Source of the DNA: Phoronis australis
Taxonomy: Eukaryota; Animalia; Phoronida
DNA length: 64,000 nt
Reading direction: 5' to 3'
NCBI GenBank assembly: GCA_002633005.1
Contig: NMRA01000237.1
Span: forward strand, 248,001-312,000
How positions within the stretch are numbered: position 1 is the first letter of the stretch; every line of letters starts with the position of its first letter. Of the stretch, positions 1 through 12,800 are shown in pieces. The notes below the pieces were generated by a model. That model worked only from the letters and a program-made list of their open reading frames with translations, was not told the origin of the DNA and did no database searches. Made by a program: the position numbers and the translations under genes.

Positions 1-519
1 AATCGTGCAGCAAATATCTCGCCAATGACTTATGAAGCACACCTTGGAACTGATATTCAGTTGTAGTTGTCATATTTGGGCATGGGATAATTATCCAAAA
101 TCTGTGTGTTCTCCAAACAGAGGTTACATTCAGATATCTTAGCTCGTTTATTGACAGTTTCAGAAGAATTAAGTTTAATCGCTATTTCATTTCATGTTGC
201 CTTACCGAACTTTTATTATCATGCTGTGGTCTCATTAACTCCCCACACAGTGCAGAAGTTGCAAACTTCAAACTGGTGTCAGCTTAGTAGGAGTGAATCT
301 TTCTGTTGAAGTAATCAGTCAACTACATTGAGTGTGTAGATGCTAGTTCTCCATTTTAAGAAACAAAGAGTTCCATCAACAAGCATGCACCAAAATCATG
401 GGATTCCATGATGGCACTGCATGGGTCTTTAACGTCTTTGTTTGTTTGTAATATTCATAACATGAATACATAAATTCTACGGGCTTAACATTTTCATTTC
501 CTTCTTGTTATTATTACAG

Positions 520-807
520 TGAAGAAAGAATCTCTCAAGTTCATCAAGAAACCCGAACCAGCAGAAGTACTGGAGTACGACACAGTTCGCTTCGAATGTC
601 AGGTGACGGGAAGACCTGAGCCAGTGATTCGCTGGTTCCGTGGTGAGACAGAGTTGTTTCCATCGGACACCATCACTATGGAGACTGTTGACAATGTCCA
701 TTCTCTGACTCTTACTCGTGTGAGAACAACAGATGCTGGTTTGTATTCTGTGAAGGCAACCAATGAGTCAGGAGAACAGAATGCCATGGCCAGGTTGCGA
801 GTGACTG
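520..807 (+). CDS. titin-like exon 1, I-set Ig
   Basis: tacag|..|gtaagt; FECQVTGRPEP..W..DAGLYSVKATN. Confidence 0.92.
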
Positions 808-3800
808 GTAAGTGAAAACTACGGGTGCTCTCAATATCAGATGTCTTTTGCAAAATACTTGCAACAAGATGCTGTGGCATGTACGATGGAAGAATGAACA
901 ATGTGGGCTTTGAATACTGCTTTAATCACGCTTAAAAATCAATGTTTGATGTTCCTATCTATTTAATTTTTCAATGACAGCCATTTTGCACCAGTCCTTA
1001 AAATCAAAAGCTTAGTCATGAAGCACAAGTAAGTCATATGTTATTTAATGTACACCTGAGCTTGTGCTATAGGCATTGATGGATCATCAACTGAAAGGTT
1101 GGCTTACAGTGTGAGATTTGGTCGTTGTGTTGCTAGGTGTCAGTATTCGTATCTCTTTTATGTAAATAAAACAACAAGAATGGATCAACTGAAATTTTGG
1201 GATGTAATAACGTCCTTTGTCAACAGAAACAGAAATAAAGTAAAATCAAACACTATATGACAATTCACATTTAAGATATGGCGTAATGAATATGATACAT
1301 TTTTGCGTAAAAAATTCAATGATATAATTACAAATTTTTAATGTTATGGCATTTTGCAATATGCTATTAAAGTCTGTCTATTTCCTGCAATTTTGCAACA
1401 TAAACTAATACAGCAAGGTTTAATAAAGAAATATGTATAGTACTGCATATAAAAGTTTATATTCAGTACTTTACATATTTCTTTATTAAATCTTGCTGTA
1501 TAATTTTATTTCCTTCGCAGCTGTCAAACCTCCCAAGTTCTTGGACACACCCAAACAGACCCAAGTCCCTGAACTAGGTACCCTCACCTCTAAGTGCAAG
1601 GTGTCTGGTTTCCCTTCTCCCGTGGTCTCTTGGTATCTCAATGGACAAGAACTGTTACCATCCGAACTCGTCAAATTTGATATCACCAAAAAAGACAACG
1701 GCTACTCACTCATACTGCAAGAGTGCAATCCGTCAATGACTGGAACGGTTAAGATCGTTGCTAGGAACAATGGTGGCGAAGTCAGTGCAGAGTTCCCTCT
1801 GTTGGTGAAAGGCCGTGCTCCTACGTTTATTGAGAAGCCGATAAAATGTACCGCATTGACAGGTAAGATATCCACAGAATCAACCATACTTCTTTTAGTG
1901 ACTGAAATGAAGAGCAGGTTAATTCCAACTTAAGTGAGTCTAGTCTTCAGCTATATCAATTGGTCAGTTCTTGAGCTCAGAAATCACTTGTAATTTGAAT
2001 TTGGCACAAATTGAGATCAGTCTTGATGCAGTTAGCAGTCTAATTCAAGTGTTCAGGGCTTGGAATTTTCCGCGGAAACGCGGATTTCCGCTTTTTTCAA
2101 ATGTTCTGTCCACGCATTTTATTATATTTCCGCGTAAAAAAAATTGGATATAAAATTTTCGCAGCAAAGTCCTTTCTTACCGCGGCGTTGCCGACGACGT
2201 TCACCTCGAAAAGCGGAAGTTGCTCTGTATGTTTCGGAGGAACGTAAATTGTCAACATTGCCGGGGCACCTGGGATACCGTGGTGGGATTTTCAATGGCG
2301 TCTCGTGTGATTGTAAACCGCGGTGACAAATACTACGGCTCTGCAGCCAAAAATGTGTGGGGGTGGGAGTGGAGGATGGACGAGATAAAAAGACGCAGAC
2401 GCATGCTACTGATGGTAGTAACGTTTTTTTTTAGTCCTACCGATTTTTGTCGGCGAAAGGTTCACATCGACTATTTCAAGGCTGGGAAGCGCACATGTTT
2501 TGGGCCGTAAAAGTTTCTGTGTTTTTTGTCATTGGTCATTCCAAGCCCTGAGTGTTGGTGACATACCTGAAAATGGGCTTATAGTTTTGATTTACTAAGC
2601 CCAGTGCAGCGACTTTTTTGAAAACCATTGTTTTGGTTCATCGTTTGAGGTTGAACCCTTCATTTTGGTTTATAATACGGCGATTTAGCATTTCTTATTA
2701 ATGGCGATAACAATGTGGAGCAAATGAAGTTCTTTGATTGCTTGAAATGGAAGAGTCATTGCCATTACCATGACTTCTTACAGTTTGAAGTTTGCGATTT
2801 CAGCTTGATCTAATTAGTGTTGCATTGGATTTAAAAAGTGGAATAAGCTTAAAATTCCGCATAGCCATACTCCCTCTTGAAATAACGTAACAGACCTGAA
2901 GATGGCAGGGGAAATGACCAACCAAACGTTGTGCAATTGTAAATATGTTAGAGGTTGGTGTAATTTTACCAATACAGTTAAGAAATAATGTGACCATAAC
3001 CTTCTCTGTGTCAACAGATACTAAAGCCATATTCAAGTGCCGCATCGACGGCGAACCAACACCAAAGGTAGCCTGGTCCAAGGGCAAGTGGATGAAACTG
3101 GAGAAAGGGGGCCGTGTTGACGTGTTTTATGACGAAGCCACTGACCAGCATGTGATGGAGCTGGATAAAGTGGTGCCTAAAGACGCCGGCACCTACACGG
3201 TGACCATTACCAACGAACACGGGACAGACTCCTGCCCAGCCACACTCATGATTACCTCCAATGAAGAGGAAGCTGCCAACTGGCTGGACATGTTGAGTCA
3301 CAGGTAACACCATTGTCAGGCTGAAGCATTCATTTGCAACAGCTTGAAAAACAGACGATGTCGTTGGATTACTCATCATACCACTCAGATAAACTACTGT
3401 AACAATAAACCGTGGTGTAGCGAGAAATATTCAACAGGGGGCTAAATTTGAAATTGTTGGCACCTGGGGGCTGAAATGAATGGCAACTTTAGGGCACTTT
3501 GCATTGTTTCAACAGGAAAGGGTTCATGCGATGATCAGGGGGTTATGACCACTGTTGCACCCAACTCTGTGGCTACGTTTGGTAATTATGAAACAAGTTG
3601 GAGAAGGTTCAACTTGCCAAAAATACTACATGTAAGCTTCGTCATGAACAAAGGATAATACCATGAAAAACTAGATGAGTTTACTTGTCTTATTTCAGAA
3701 CTTAAAATTTTCTTTTGACGCAGTGTCAAAACGAAACAAAGAGTCAACATTAAAATGGTCTTACTTTCGTGGTCCAGCATAGAAATCCTAGCTTTTATGA

Positions 3801-6800
3801 ACTTGAGACTTGCAAGTGTAACCTCACTTTCTTTGTTATGTCATATATTAATTTTTTGAATGCATCAATTCCTCCCTATTACAGAGATTTTGAGAAGCCT
3901 GAGGCTGAGGAAGTTGAAGTGGACTGGAATATTAAACTGAAGAAAGTAGAGCCAGAGGAACAGGAGGCGATGGAGTCTGACTTCTCCTTTGACCTCCGCC
4001 ATGTTGACGAACCAGAAGTTGTGGAAGAAGCTGTGAAGGAGCACCATGTGGAGCAGGTGAGATGACATCATAATTGATGTGTTATAAAGTGGGTGGTAAT
4101 TTTCCCGTTATACCCAATTTTCTTCCGGTTATACAGGATCCTAGGAATATGACTACAGGCTTTCTACTTTTCCTGTGTTCATTTCTATAATTTTGTAAGT
4201 AAGAGCCATAATGTAAGTGCCATACGTTTTGAATAAAAGGGGTTGATGGATTGATTTTTGTATGCCAGTACGTCTTAAAACAAAGGGTGCCAATAATGAA
4301 TGTTAGTGAATGTTTACGGTGCACAAATCAGGAGATGGCCCTGAAATTCAAAGACAGGTGTTTGCAAGAGGATCACTTGTCTTGTGCACAAATCGAAGCG
4401 TTTTAGATATTAAGCTGCACGTAATCTTAGGACAGAATAGAATTTGTTTTGTGCGCTCTGTTGGAAAATTATTTCAGATTGAAACTAGACATTGTTACCC
4501 GGATCCTCTGGCTGTATGGTGGTTTAGCCAAACTAGGTTTCTCATTGTTGCTGTGTTCCATTTCAGGAACATGTACCACTGGAGTTGCCTGAATTACCTG
4601 AGTACCAGCGACGACCTTCTGCTGACATCACGGAGAGAGAACGACCCGAGAAGAAGGAGAAGTCTCCTGTTGTTGAAGAAGAGGAAAAGGGGAAATATGA
4701 ACGGCAGAAGAAAGATGTGAAAGAAGACGTAGAAGAGGAGAGAAAGCTTGTCATCCCAAAGGCCAAGGTGAGCATGGACTGATGTATTTGTCGTCTGCTA
4801 CGAGTTTCCAGAATGATTAGAGTAATTTTACCGAAAGAAATGCGATAAAAATTTCTCAAAATAGAAGTGTTGGGTTTTGATTCTCTGGTACCCGTTGACG
4901 AATGGTTTTAGAAACTCCAGATGATTTGCCTGCAAGTATTGATGTCGGACAGAGTGCAGGGACACATAACATTAGACTGGATTGATATCAAGATTCAGCC
5001 TCAATTTGGAAACTGTTGTTGTTTGGCATTGAAAAAAATCGGATGTTTTTTAATGAGGAAAGGGACAAGGGTTATAAGGTATTGCCAGGAGATGTCTTGG
5101 CATCAAATCCATATATTCATTCTTGCTGTAGACATTGATTGGGAAATTTAAAGAAAATATATGAGAATATTCTCACTGTTCACTTATGTGGTTGAAGAAA
5201 GCAAATGTGCATAATTTTCAAAACGGATATTGAAAGACATTGCCCTTTAGATGCTATTGAAAGTAAATGGTATGTAATGGGTAAAAATGACTTGCAGTGG
5301 ACAGTTAAGCTATATCCAATATTACATGTTTGTGGTAAATATGGCTTTGTTGTTATTGATCGATGATTAAAGTAAATTGTCGTTTCTTTGTTTCCTTGAG
5401 AGCTGACTGGAAACGATACTGTGATGGTAGAATTTGTAATGAAAACATTTCTGTTATAGTGGGAGTTTGTCAGAAACTTGGAGGACGTCACCGTACTTGA
5501 GAAAGGTGTGGCAGTGTTTGAATGTGAAGTCAACAGGAAGAACGTTCCCGTCCGTTGGCTTGTTGGTGGTGTCGAGATCACGTCTAGTCCCAAATACGAA
5601 ATCAAAGCTGATGGCGCAGTCCATATGCTCACCATTAGTGGCTGTAAAGTTGAAGATACTACGGATATTGTGTGCGAGTTTAAGAACATCACGAGTACAG
5701 CAAAACTGACAGTGGAAGGTAGGCCAAGGATTTATTTTAAAAGTAGCTCTGTGTTCGCTAGGTAGCGCTAATGAAGAACAGTCCTGACTGTAGAGATGCA
5801 CGTAGTCTGGTCACTTGGGGCCCAGATTTCACTTATTCTTGTGAATAACTGTCTTTTTCTTAATCTATTCAGATGATAAAGGAGGGACCTTTATTTACTA
5901 GCGCTACTTATTGATTGCTGAAGTGCACATTAAATTCGGGTTTGTGGTAACAAACAGCAGCTTGCTGTTGCATTTTTGCAGCAAGGATTATCTGTGTTAT
6001 GCATCATGTCATTGGAAGAAGCATAGTTTCTGTTAAAGAATTTACTTAATTTAAACTTGCATACATCATTTATGTTCTGGTTTCTTAAGTTGTCGTCAGT
6101 TGGTATTGTATTTTATTTTGAGGATTGTTTTGAATGTCTTGTGTGTGAAAGCATTTGTCTTAATGTTCGTATCTGTCTGCTATGAGATTGAGTAACAAGC
6201 TTTCAGGAGATCATTTCCTTACTTGGGTTTAACACCTCTCCTTAACGGTAAGTGTCTGTTTTATAACCGATTTAAACATCTACATCTCTCTCACACACAC
6301 ATCTTTCTTCAGTGCTAGATTTAGATACAAGTGAGATAAAGAAAAATATCTTTGTTGTATTCCAAGCTATCCATTTAATTTGCACAACTGCCGCCTAATT
6401 TGGGTGAGGTTGAATAAATATCTAGCTGTAGGATTCGCTGAGTGCTCAAAACATGGATCTGTGCAACTGGAACCTTTATCATGCGACACGTGAACTCCAT
6501 TTTGAAACACCATACTTCATCTTATATCTAAGAAACCTATTGACTTCAGTGGAAAATATTATCTAATTGTTAAATCTGGCACTACTTTTAGGCAATAGTC
6601 GGATATAACATGCCCACATTCCGAGAACCAGTTGACGCTTGTTATTCAGTGGAGGAAACTGGTTCTCAGAATGCGAACCCTTTATATCCGACTATTACCC
6701 TACTTTTACTTACAATTCTTTAAGGATGTGGCCCTGATATATGATTTTTGTTAGACCAAAAAGCATAGTTGGTTTTTGTATGTGTTCGACTCATTTTGGA

Positions 6801-9800
6801 ATCTGTGCTCACCAAGGGACAGAAATTGTCCTCATCAATTTCGGCCAAGGTTCCATGTTTTTTTTGAAAGCTGCACAAAAGCTATAAGGCAAAAGGAAGA
6901 GCAAAGTTTGAAGAGCCATGATTTGCCAAGGGATGCATCTCAGGTGGATTCATTATGTAAAACAGAACCAATAATGCCTTTTTGGCCTAACCATAACAAT
7001 TTCATCGGTTTTCAAATACCGGTAACCTTGTTATCACTTGAAAATATACAGTTACAATAACCAAGAAAGTTATGCTTTATTCTTTGTATTGACATTCAAT
7101 GTACAGTTTCAATGTAAACTAATCGGGTGTCTACTGGTTAACATTTAACATTTAACAAACTATGGCTTGAAGGTTGAAGTTGAATCAAAAATAAACTAAT
7201 GTTTCAAAATGGGTGCTAATTAATGGTGTCTCTTTAGAGTTGTGCATGAAGGGATCATTTGCCAAACATCCGTGGCATAATCAAGTGAAAACCCTGTCAA
7301 TCTCTATAAACTTTCAATTGTGTTAAATCTGGGAAGGTTTTCAGGTTCTGATGGTGATGGCCAATAAATTTTTTGGGAATAACATATTAATATGGCATAA
7401 TATATTAATGATATTCAAAAGTCATTATTTCTTGATTTGGAAATATCCTGTGATATCTAGATGATACACCAACCCTGGTTCAACCATTAAGAGACATTTT
7501 TGCTGTGGAAAACCAGACGGTGAACTTTGAGTGCGAGTTTTCACAACCTGTTGATCATGGTGTCAGGTGGTTCATGAATGGTACACCGATGACATCTGGT
7601 GGCCATCAGAGTGTTAGGATACAAGACAACAGACATATTTTGATACTGAACAATATCCTGGCTTCAGACGAGGGGGTATACACGGTGGGTGTTAGAGGTG
7701 TGACCTCATCTGCCAGGCTTTATGTCAGAGGTAAATATTTTTATCAAGATAACGTCAAAATTGAGTTGGATCGGCGTGTTATGTTTTACCTCTTTTATGT
7801 TACAAAATTTTACTGAGAGGTAAAATTTCAAGGAATTATGGTGATTCATTTCTTATGGGCCTGTTTTGAAAGTCTTTTGTGTGGTAAAAAAGCAGTATTA
7901 AATAAATCTTTTTCTAGTATGTAAGGGTATTTACTCTTTCTCATTTCATAAATTGAAACAATTTCCGTTCTTGTTGTGTTTCTACACATAACTGAAAAGT
8001 GTGCAATACTTTAATTTATTTATTGAAACTGCTCTTCTTGATCAAAAATTAACATGATTTGATAATCCAAGCTTCTTTTTATTTTCTACCAACCATCTTC
8101 ATTTTCCTTCTACAAAAAATAACATTGAGTTATTTAAGATAGCAGCACCATAAAACTATTGAAAGTATTTCATTTTCCTCTCAGCTCGACGTCCAATGTT
8201 CATTTGAAGACAGATGAAGGAACACGACTGCTCAGGAAAGCAACATATTAAACAAAATATACGGACTGTTTATTCATGAAATTAAGTTAATGCCATGGAA
8301 CATCAGGGATCACAGAGTGGTAATGCCTCCTGGTGTTTGGACAGGGAACTATTTTTAATCTGCAAACGGCCATTATGCTTTAAACACCTACTGTATTCAC
8401 CTATTGTTGGTTGACATATGAAGTCGAGTCTAAAGTATTAACTGGAAGTAATGAAAGTTTTTCTAGAGCCTAGATTTTTAAGTTTTGATCAGGAACAATC
8501 TGACACCACGTAAACGGCAGTAAGTGGTTTAATTCATACTTTTGTATATTTATCATGGTGCTGTTTATGACACTTCTTTGATTGAATGATTAATTGATTG
8601 ATTAATTAAAAGTATTAATAGTGGTATATTTGCACGAATGGTGATGCTGAAATGTGCTACGCAATTGTAATATTATTTTTGATAAAATATTTTTAAGAGT
8701 ACTGAAACGAAAACTTCCTAGTCAGACCAAGTGAATTGCTTGTGAATAAAGGTTGCTATTATTGTTTTATATTATTGCTGTGAATATTAATATACAAAGA
8801 TTCTGTTAACTGCTGAATTTATTACTAGTCAGGATGTTCATGTACTGTTGGAAGGACACATCTGCATCTGTCAGCTACTCATTGTGAGGTGTATGTAAAC
8901 TGTGAAGCCACGTAGAGCGACAGTTTTAAAAGTTTTCTAATGGAAGCCTCCTTGATTTTTTTTTTTGATACAAGTGAGTTCACACAGTAAATATGTAAAA
9001 TCATTTGTTTATAGAAAAGAAACATAAAATTTGTGTTAAGAGTATACACAGTTACATGGTTATGTACAAAGATTAGAGGCCATCTGTAATCAAACACGGC
9101 TGATTCTTTACTGATCTTTTGTTCATAATTTATATTGCACTCACACATGAATCTGTTCATCAAAAATTTTGCTATTTCATTTCTAATTCAGTGGTCAAAA
9201 ACAGATATTGTATTTGATGTGTGCCCATTGATATATCACCTAAAACAAAATTGATTGTAGTAGGCAAGTTTTATTCAGATTGCAGTTGTAGGAGGGTGGC
9301 TTTAAATAACAAAAAAATTGTATCCAGCAAAGCTTGTTGTATCTCTATGATACTCTTGGGGTCCATTTCATGAAAGTTGCTTTTAAAATTAGGTCTTACG
9401 CTCCCCCTTAACAGTTTCAGAAACGGGTTAAGCCAAGGAATTATGAGTGCATTGCAATCCAGAAACAATATATGGAAGGTATATCAGTAATTAGTAGCTG
9501 TCTTTATATTCTTGTAGACTTTTCTCTGTTGCTCAATTGAGATTTATTTATTTTTCAGAAATAGTTGTGTGGAGCGTAAGATCAAATTTCTGACAAAGTC
9601 TTGAGTCACGTTTCATGAAATAGAGACCCCTTGCACTTCTCAATACCGTCCTATAGCTCCTCAATATTCTTTCTATGTATCCACACGAATCACTGAAGCA
9701 CAAAAATATATCCACGTTTGTTGCTCACAACTAAGAAGACAAATAATTCCTTCCTTGGTTATCATGGCCATGAACTTAAAGTCCTATTTAAGTTTCCCTG

Positions 9801-12800
9801 CACCCCATTGTGTAGATATTAGTGGAAAGTGCAATCAATCCAGCGGAAAATATACCAGATGTTTTTGCAACACGCTGCTACATTACAGAATGTTACTTAA
9901 AATGTCTGGTATATTTTGTGGCTGAAGCATCATACAGAAATAAAAAGAGGTAAGTGAAATTTGAAGCAAGTTTGTCAATTTTGATTACAGTAATTTTTCA
10001 CTCGTTTGGCACAAAAATAATTGTCAAAATGGTCGTTTTCTACTTTTCAATGGCCAATTACATTTTTGCAAATAATGTGAAATTTAGCAAATGTTTTATG
10101 ACATCTACACACAAGAACCCATGTTTGAAATAAAATGTTCGTAATCTTTACTTTTGGGGAAAAAATTAACAGATAAATAATTTCACTTGTTGACCACACT
10201 GTGTGCTTAATACGTGAAGAAAAATTACAGTATTAACAACGTTGCAAGTTCGTAGTGTGTCAGTTTTACATGTAAGATAACAGAATGTTGCTGCACAAAT
10301 GTAAGAATTGTTTGTTTTAATGTTTAGTGTATTTTTAATGTCGGCATTGCATATTCTTTGTTTTGTCATTCAGTTATAAATGTTTAGTACTTGTACGTTA
10401 ATGTTGTTCTCTGTGGCACAGCTATTGCTGAGGAGACCATTTCTGCCCCTTTCTGTCATGATTTACGTTGAATTCATTTTGGGATGTCAGCAGTCAGCAG
10501 GTTGTTTCATTGTTATCACTTTTGTATCATGAAAGATTTGTGTCCGAACATGTTTATTTTGAAAGCACTGCAATGAAAATCCACATTAGATTTATTAAAA
10601 ATAAAATTTTATTTATTAACCCTGTCCGTGTGAGTGTTTATCCAGAATGTTCAGATATGAATAAAAAGTTTGAGTAGTCTTCCATGAGGGTAATGTACTA
10701 ATTTGTTTTTCTCATGTTTCTTTTTCTTATTGATAAGTGTTTAAACTCAACAGTTTAATGTACCGAGTTATAAAAACCTCTTCCCTCTTGTAAAATTGAA
10801 TTTTCCAGCTATAGCTGTGCCAGCATTGATAGACCGTAATAGCCATATTTACTTGTTGCATCTTCAGTTTCAGCTAATACATTTTGTCTTTGTCTATAAT
10901 TTACTTAAAGCATGCTCGTTTGTCAAACATTATAGAGAAACCACCAGCCTTCACGGAGGGCCTTCATGATTGCGAGATCCCAGAAAATTCACTGCTCACG
11001 TTGACAGCCAAATTAAACAAACCTGACTTGCCCGTCAAATGGACATTAGATGGCCTAGAACTCGAACAGGGTCCTAAATATGAAATCCTGGCCGAGACCA
11101 ATCTTCACACGCTTATTGTTCATAAAACGGATTTGGATGATGAGGGAGAGTATTCTTGCGTGTGCAGAGACATTTCGACGAGCTGTTACGTAACGGTTAC
11201 AGGTAAAAATTGGCCCTGGTAATTGGATAGTCTTGCACCCACCAATCACCATGTTATCACCTTTTCTGAATCCGAGTGGTTCAAATAATGCCTCACTGTT
11301 TTAATATTACACAAACCACCCCAGTAATGGAGAAACAACTCACCATTTATATTCCTTTGGACCTGCGCCCTTCGCTAATGATGCCTTTCTCTAGAGGTCT
11401 GTTGATTTGAAATCTCTTACTTTTAAAACAGGGTTTTCAATGGGCTGATTTCTTTTGTTTGTGTTGTAGTGTTAGAGTGTCATGCACTAATGTACTGTGT
11501 TCACATGTGAAGCTTTTTGGCCGGATCTTTTAAGCAGCTAAATAAGATGGCGTTTTCTCCTTGTGCTGGTTTTTTATGAAAGGCCCTTTTCATCTTTCGG
11601 TTATGTACTAAAGCTTGGCTTGTTAAGTATGTATTGGCACAGAGCTTATACATTTGTATGTAACTAAAACAGATGTTTATCAAGTCAGTTGCTACAAAAC
11701 ATTTGACAAAACATCCGGTTAAAATGCCTCCCATGCAAAGGCAGCTTGTCATGTGAATGACGGACTACTGATTTACTAGATTTCCTAAATGCATGTTGGT
11801 ATTTAGTTTAGTCGCTAACCATTTCTACCTCACAGATGTTGTCATAATTTCTCAGTTAGAAACTCAAAATCAGATCGGAATAAAGCAGCTTGCAGTGTCA
11901 AATTAATTAGACAGTTTTTGTGTTTTGGTCTTAAAATTTACTGCCATATATGAGCTATTTACACTGCCAGCTATTGAGTATATTGAATGTCTCAAACATC
12001 AAAGATTCAGATCCTGTGTAATTTTTATATTTCATGTTTAATGGATTTAACTTGTGTCATGAAACAGATTTTGGGTTGAAGTTGGTTATGGTGTAAAGAA
12101 TAATTAAGCATGCCTGGAATGCTAACTTTGCCCATACATGTCAGTCACTTTCATCTGTTCACTGCTGCTGTCCTTTGATGTCCTGTATGAATTAAAATGT
12201 ATGCAATAGCCATTTTAACAGTTTTATACCGAACAGAATAGCATGGTATGCTTGCTAAATGCATTTATTTTAATAATTTCTGGAAATTAGTGGTTTTTAA
12301 TATTTGCTGGTGACATTTTCACTAGAATTGTTTTAGCTGACACTCGGGTATTTTCGTAACCTCGAATTTCCTCTCAGAGGTGAACATCTGAACTTCAGTC
12401 ATTCGGCCAGCCATTCTTAAATCGAAAGTTGTTTTACTTGCCGTATGACTGAAATTTGCATTCACCTCCGAAGGTAAATCCGAGGGTTTAAAAATACCCG
12501 AGGTGTTCCAGATGGCTATATCATTCAGCAAGCATTTAATGTCTTTATCAGATGTGCTTTTGTCTGTTGACAGTGTTTCTTGAAATTGAAATTCACTGTA
12601 GCAGTTGTTGATATTTGTTTGACTGTTTTATCTTTTGAAATATACCAAAATGTTTCCTGGAAAGTCAAAGCCAAAATTATGTCAAAATTTCAGAATTTTT
12701 TAATACTTCCAGGGTGTATTTCACTTCAAATCTTTGATTTATCTTAAGATTAAGAAAACTGTTATCCTGACAGATGTAGATTAATCCGTATTAACTTGCT

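Noticed and set aside
2144-2510. ORFs inside the MITE
   Set aside because: Short, with no transposase motifs; chance ORFs in GC-richer DNA.
6200-6253. Perfect donor CG|gtaagt at 6247 suggesting a small exon
   Set aside because: The best acceptor (tttcag, 6206) gives 41 nt with an in-frame TAA; the 48-nt alternative needs a poor AAG acceptor with no pyrimidine tract.
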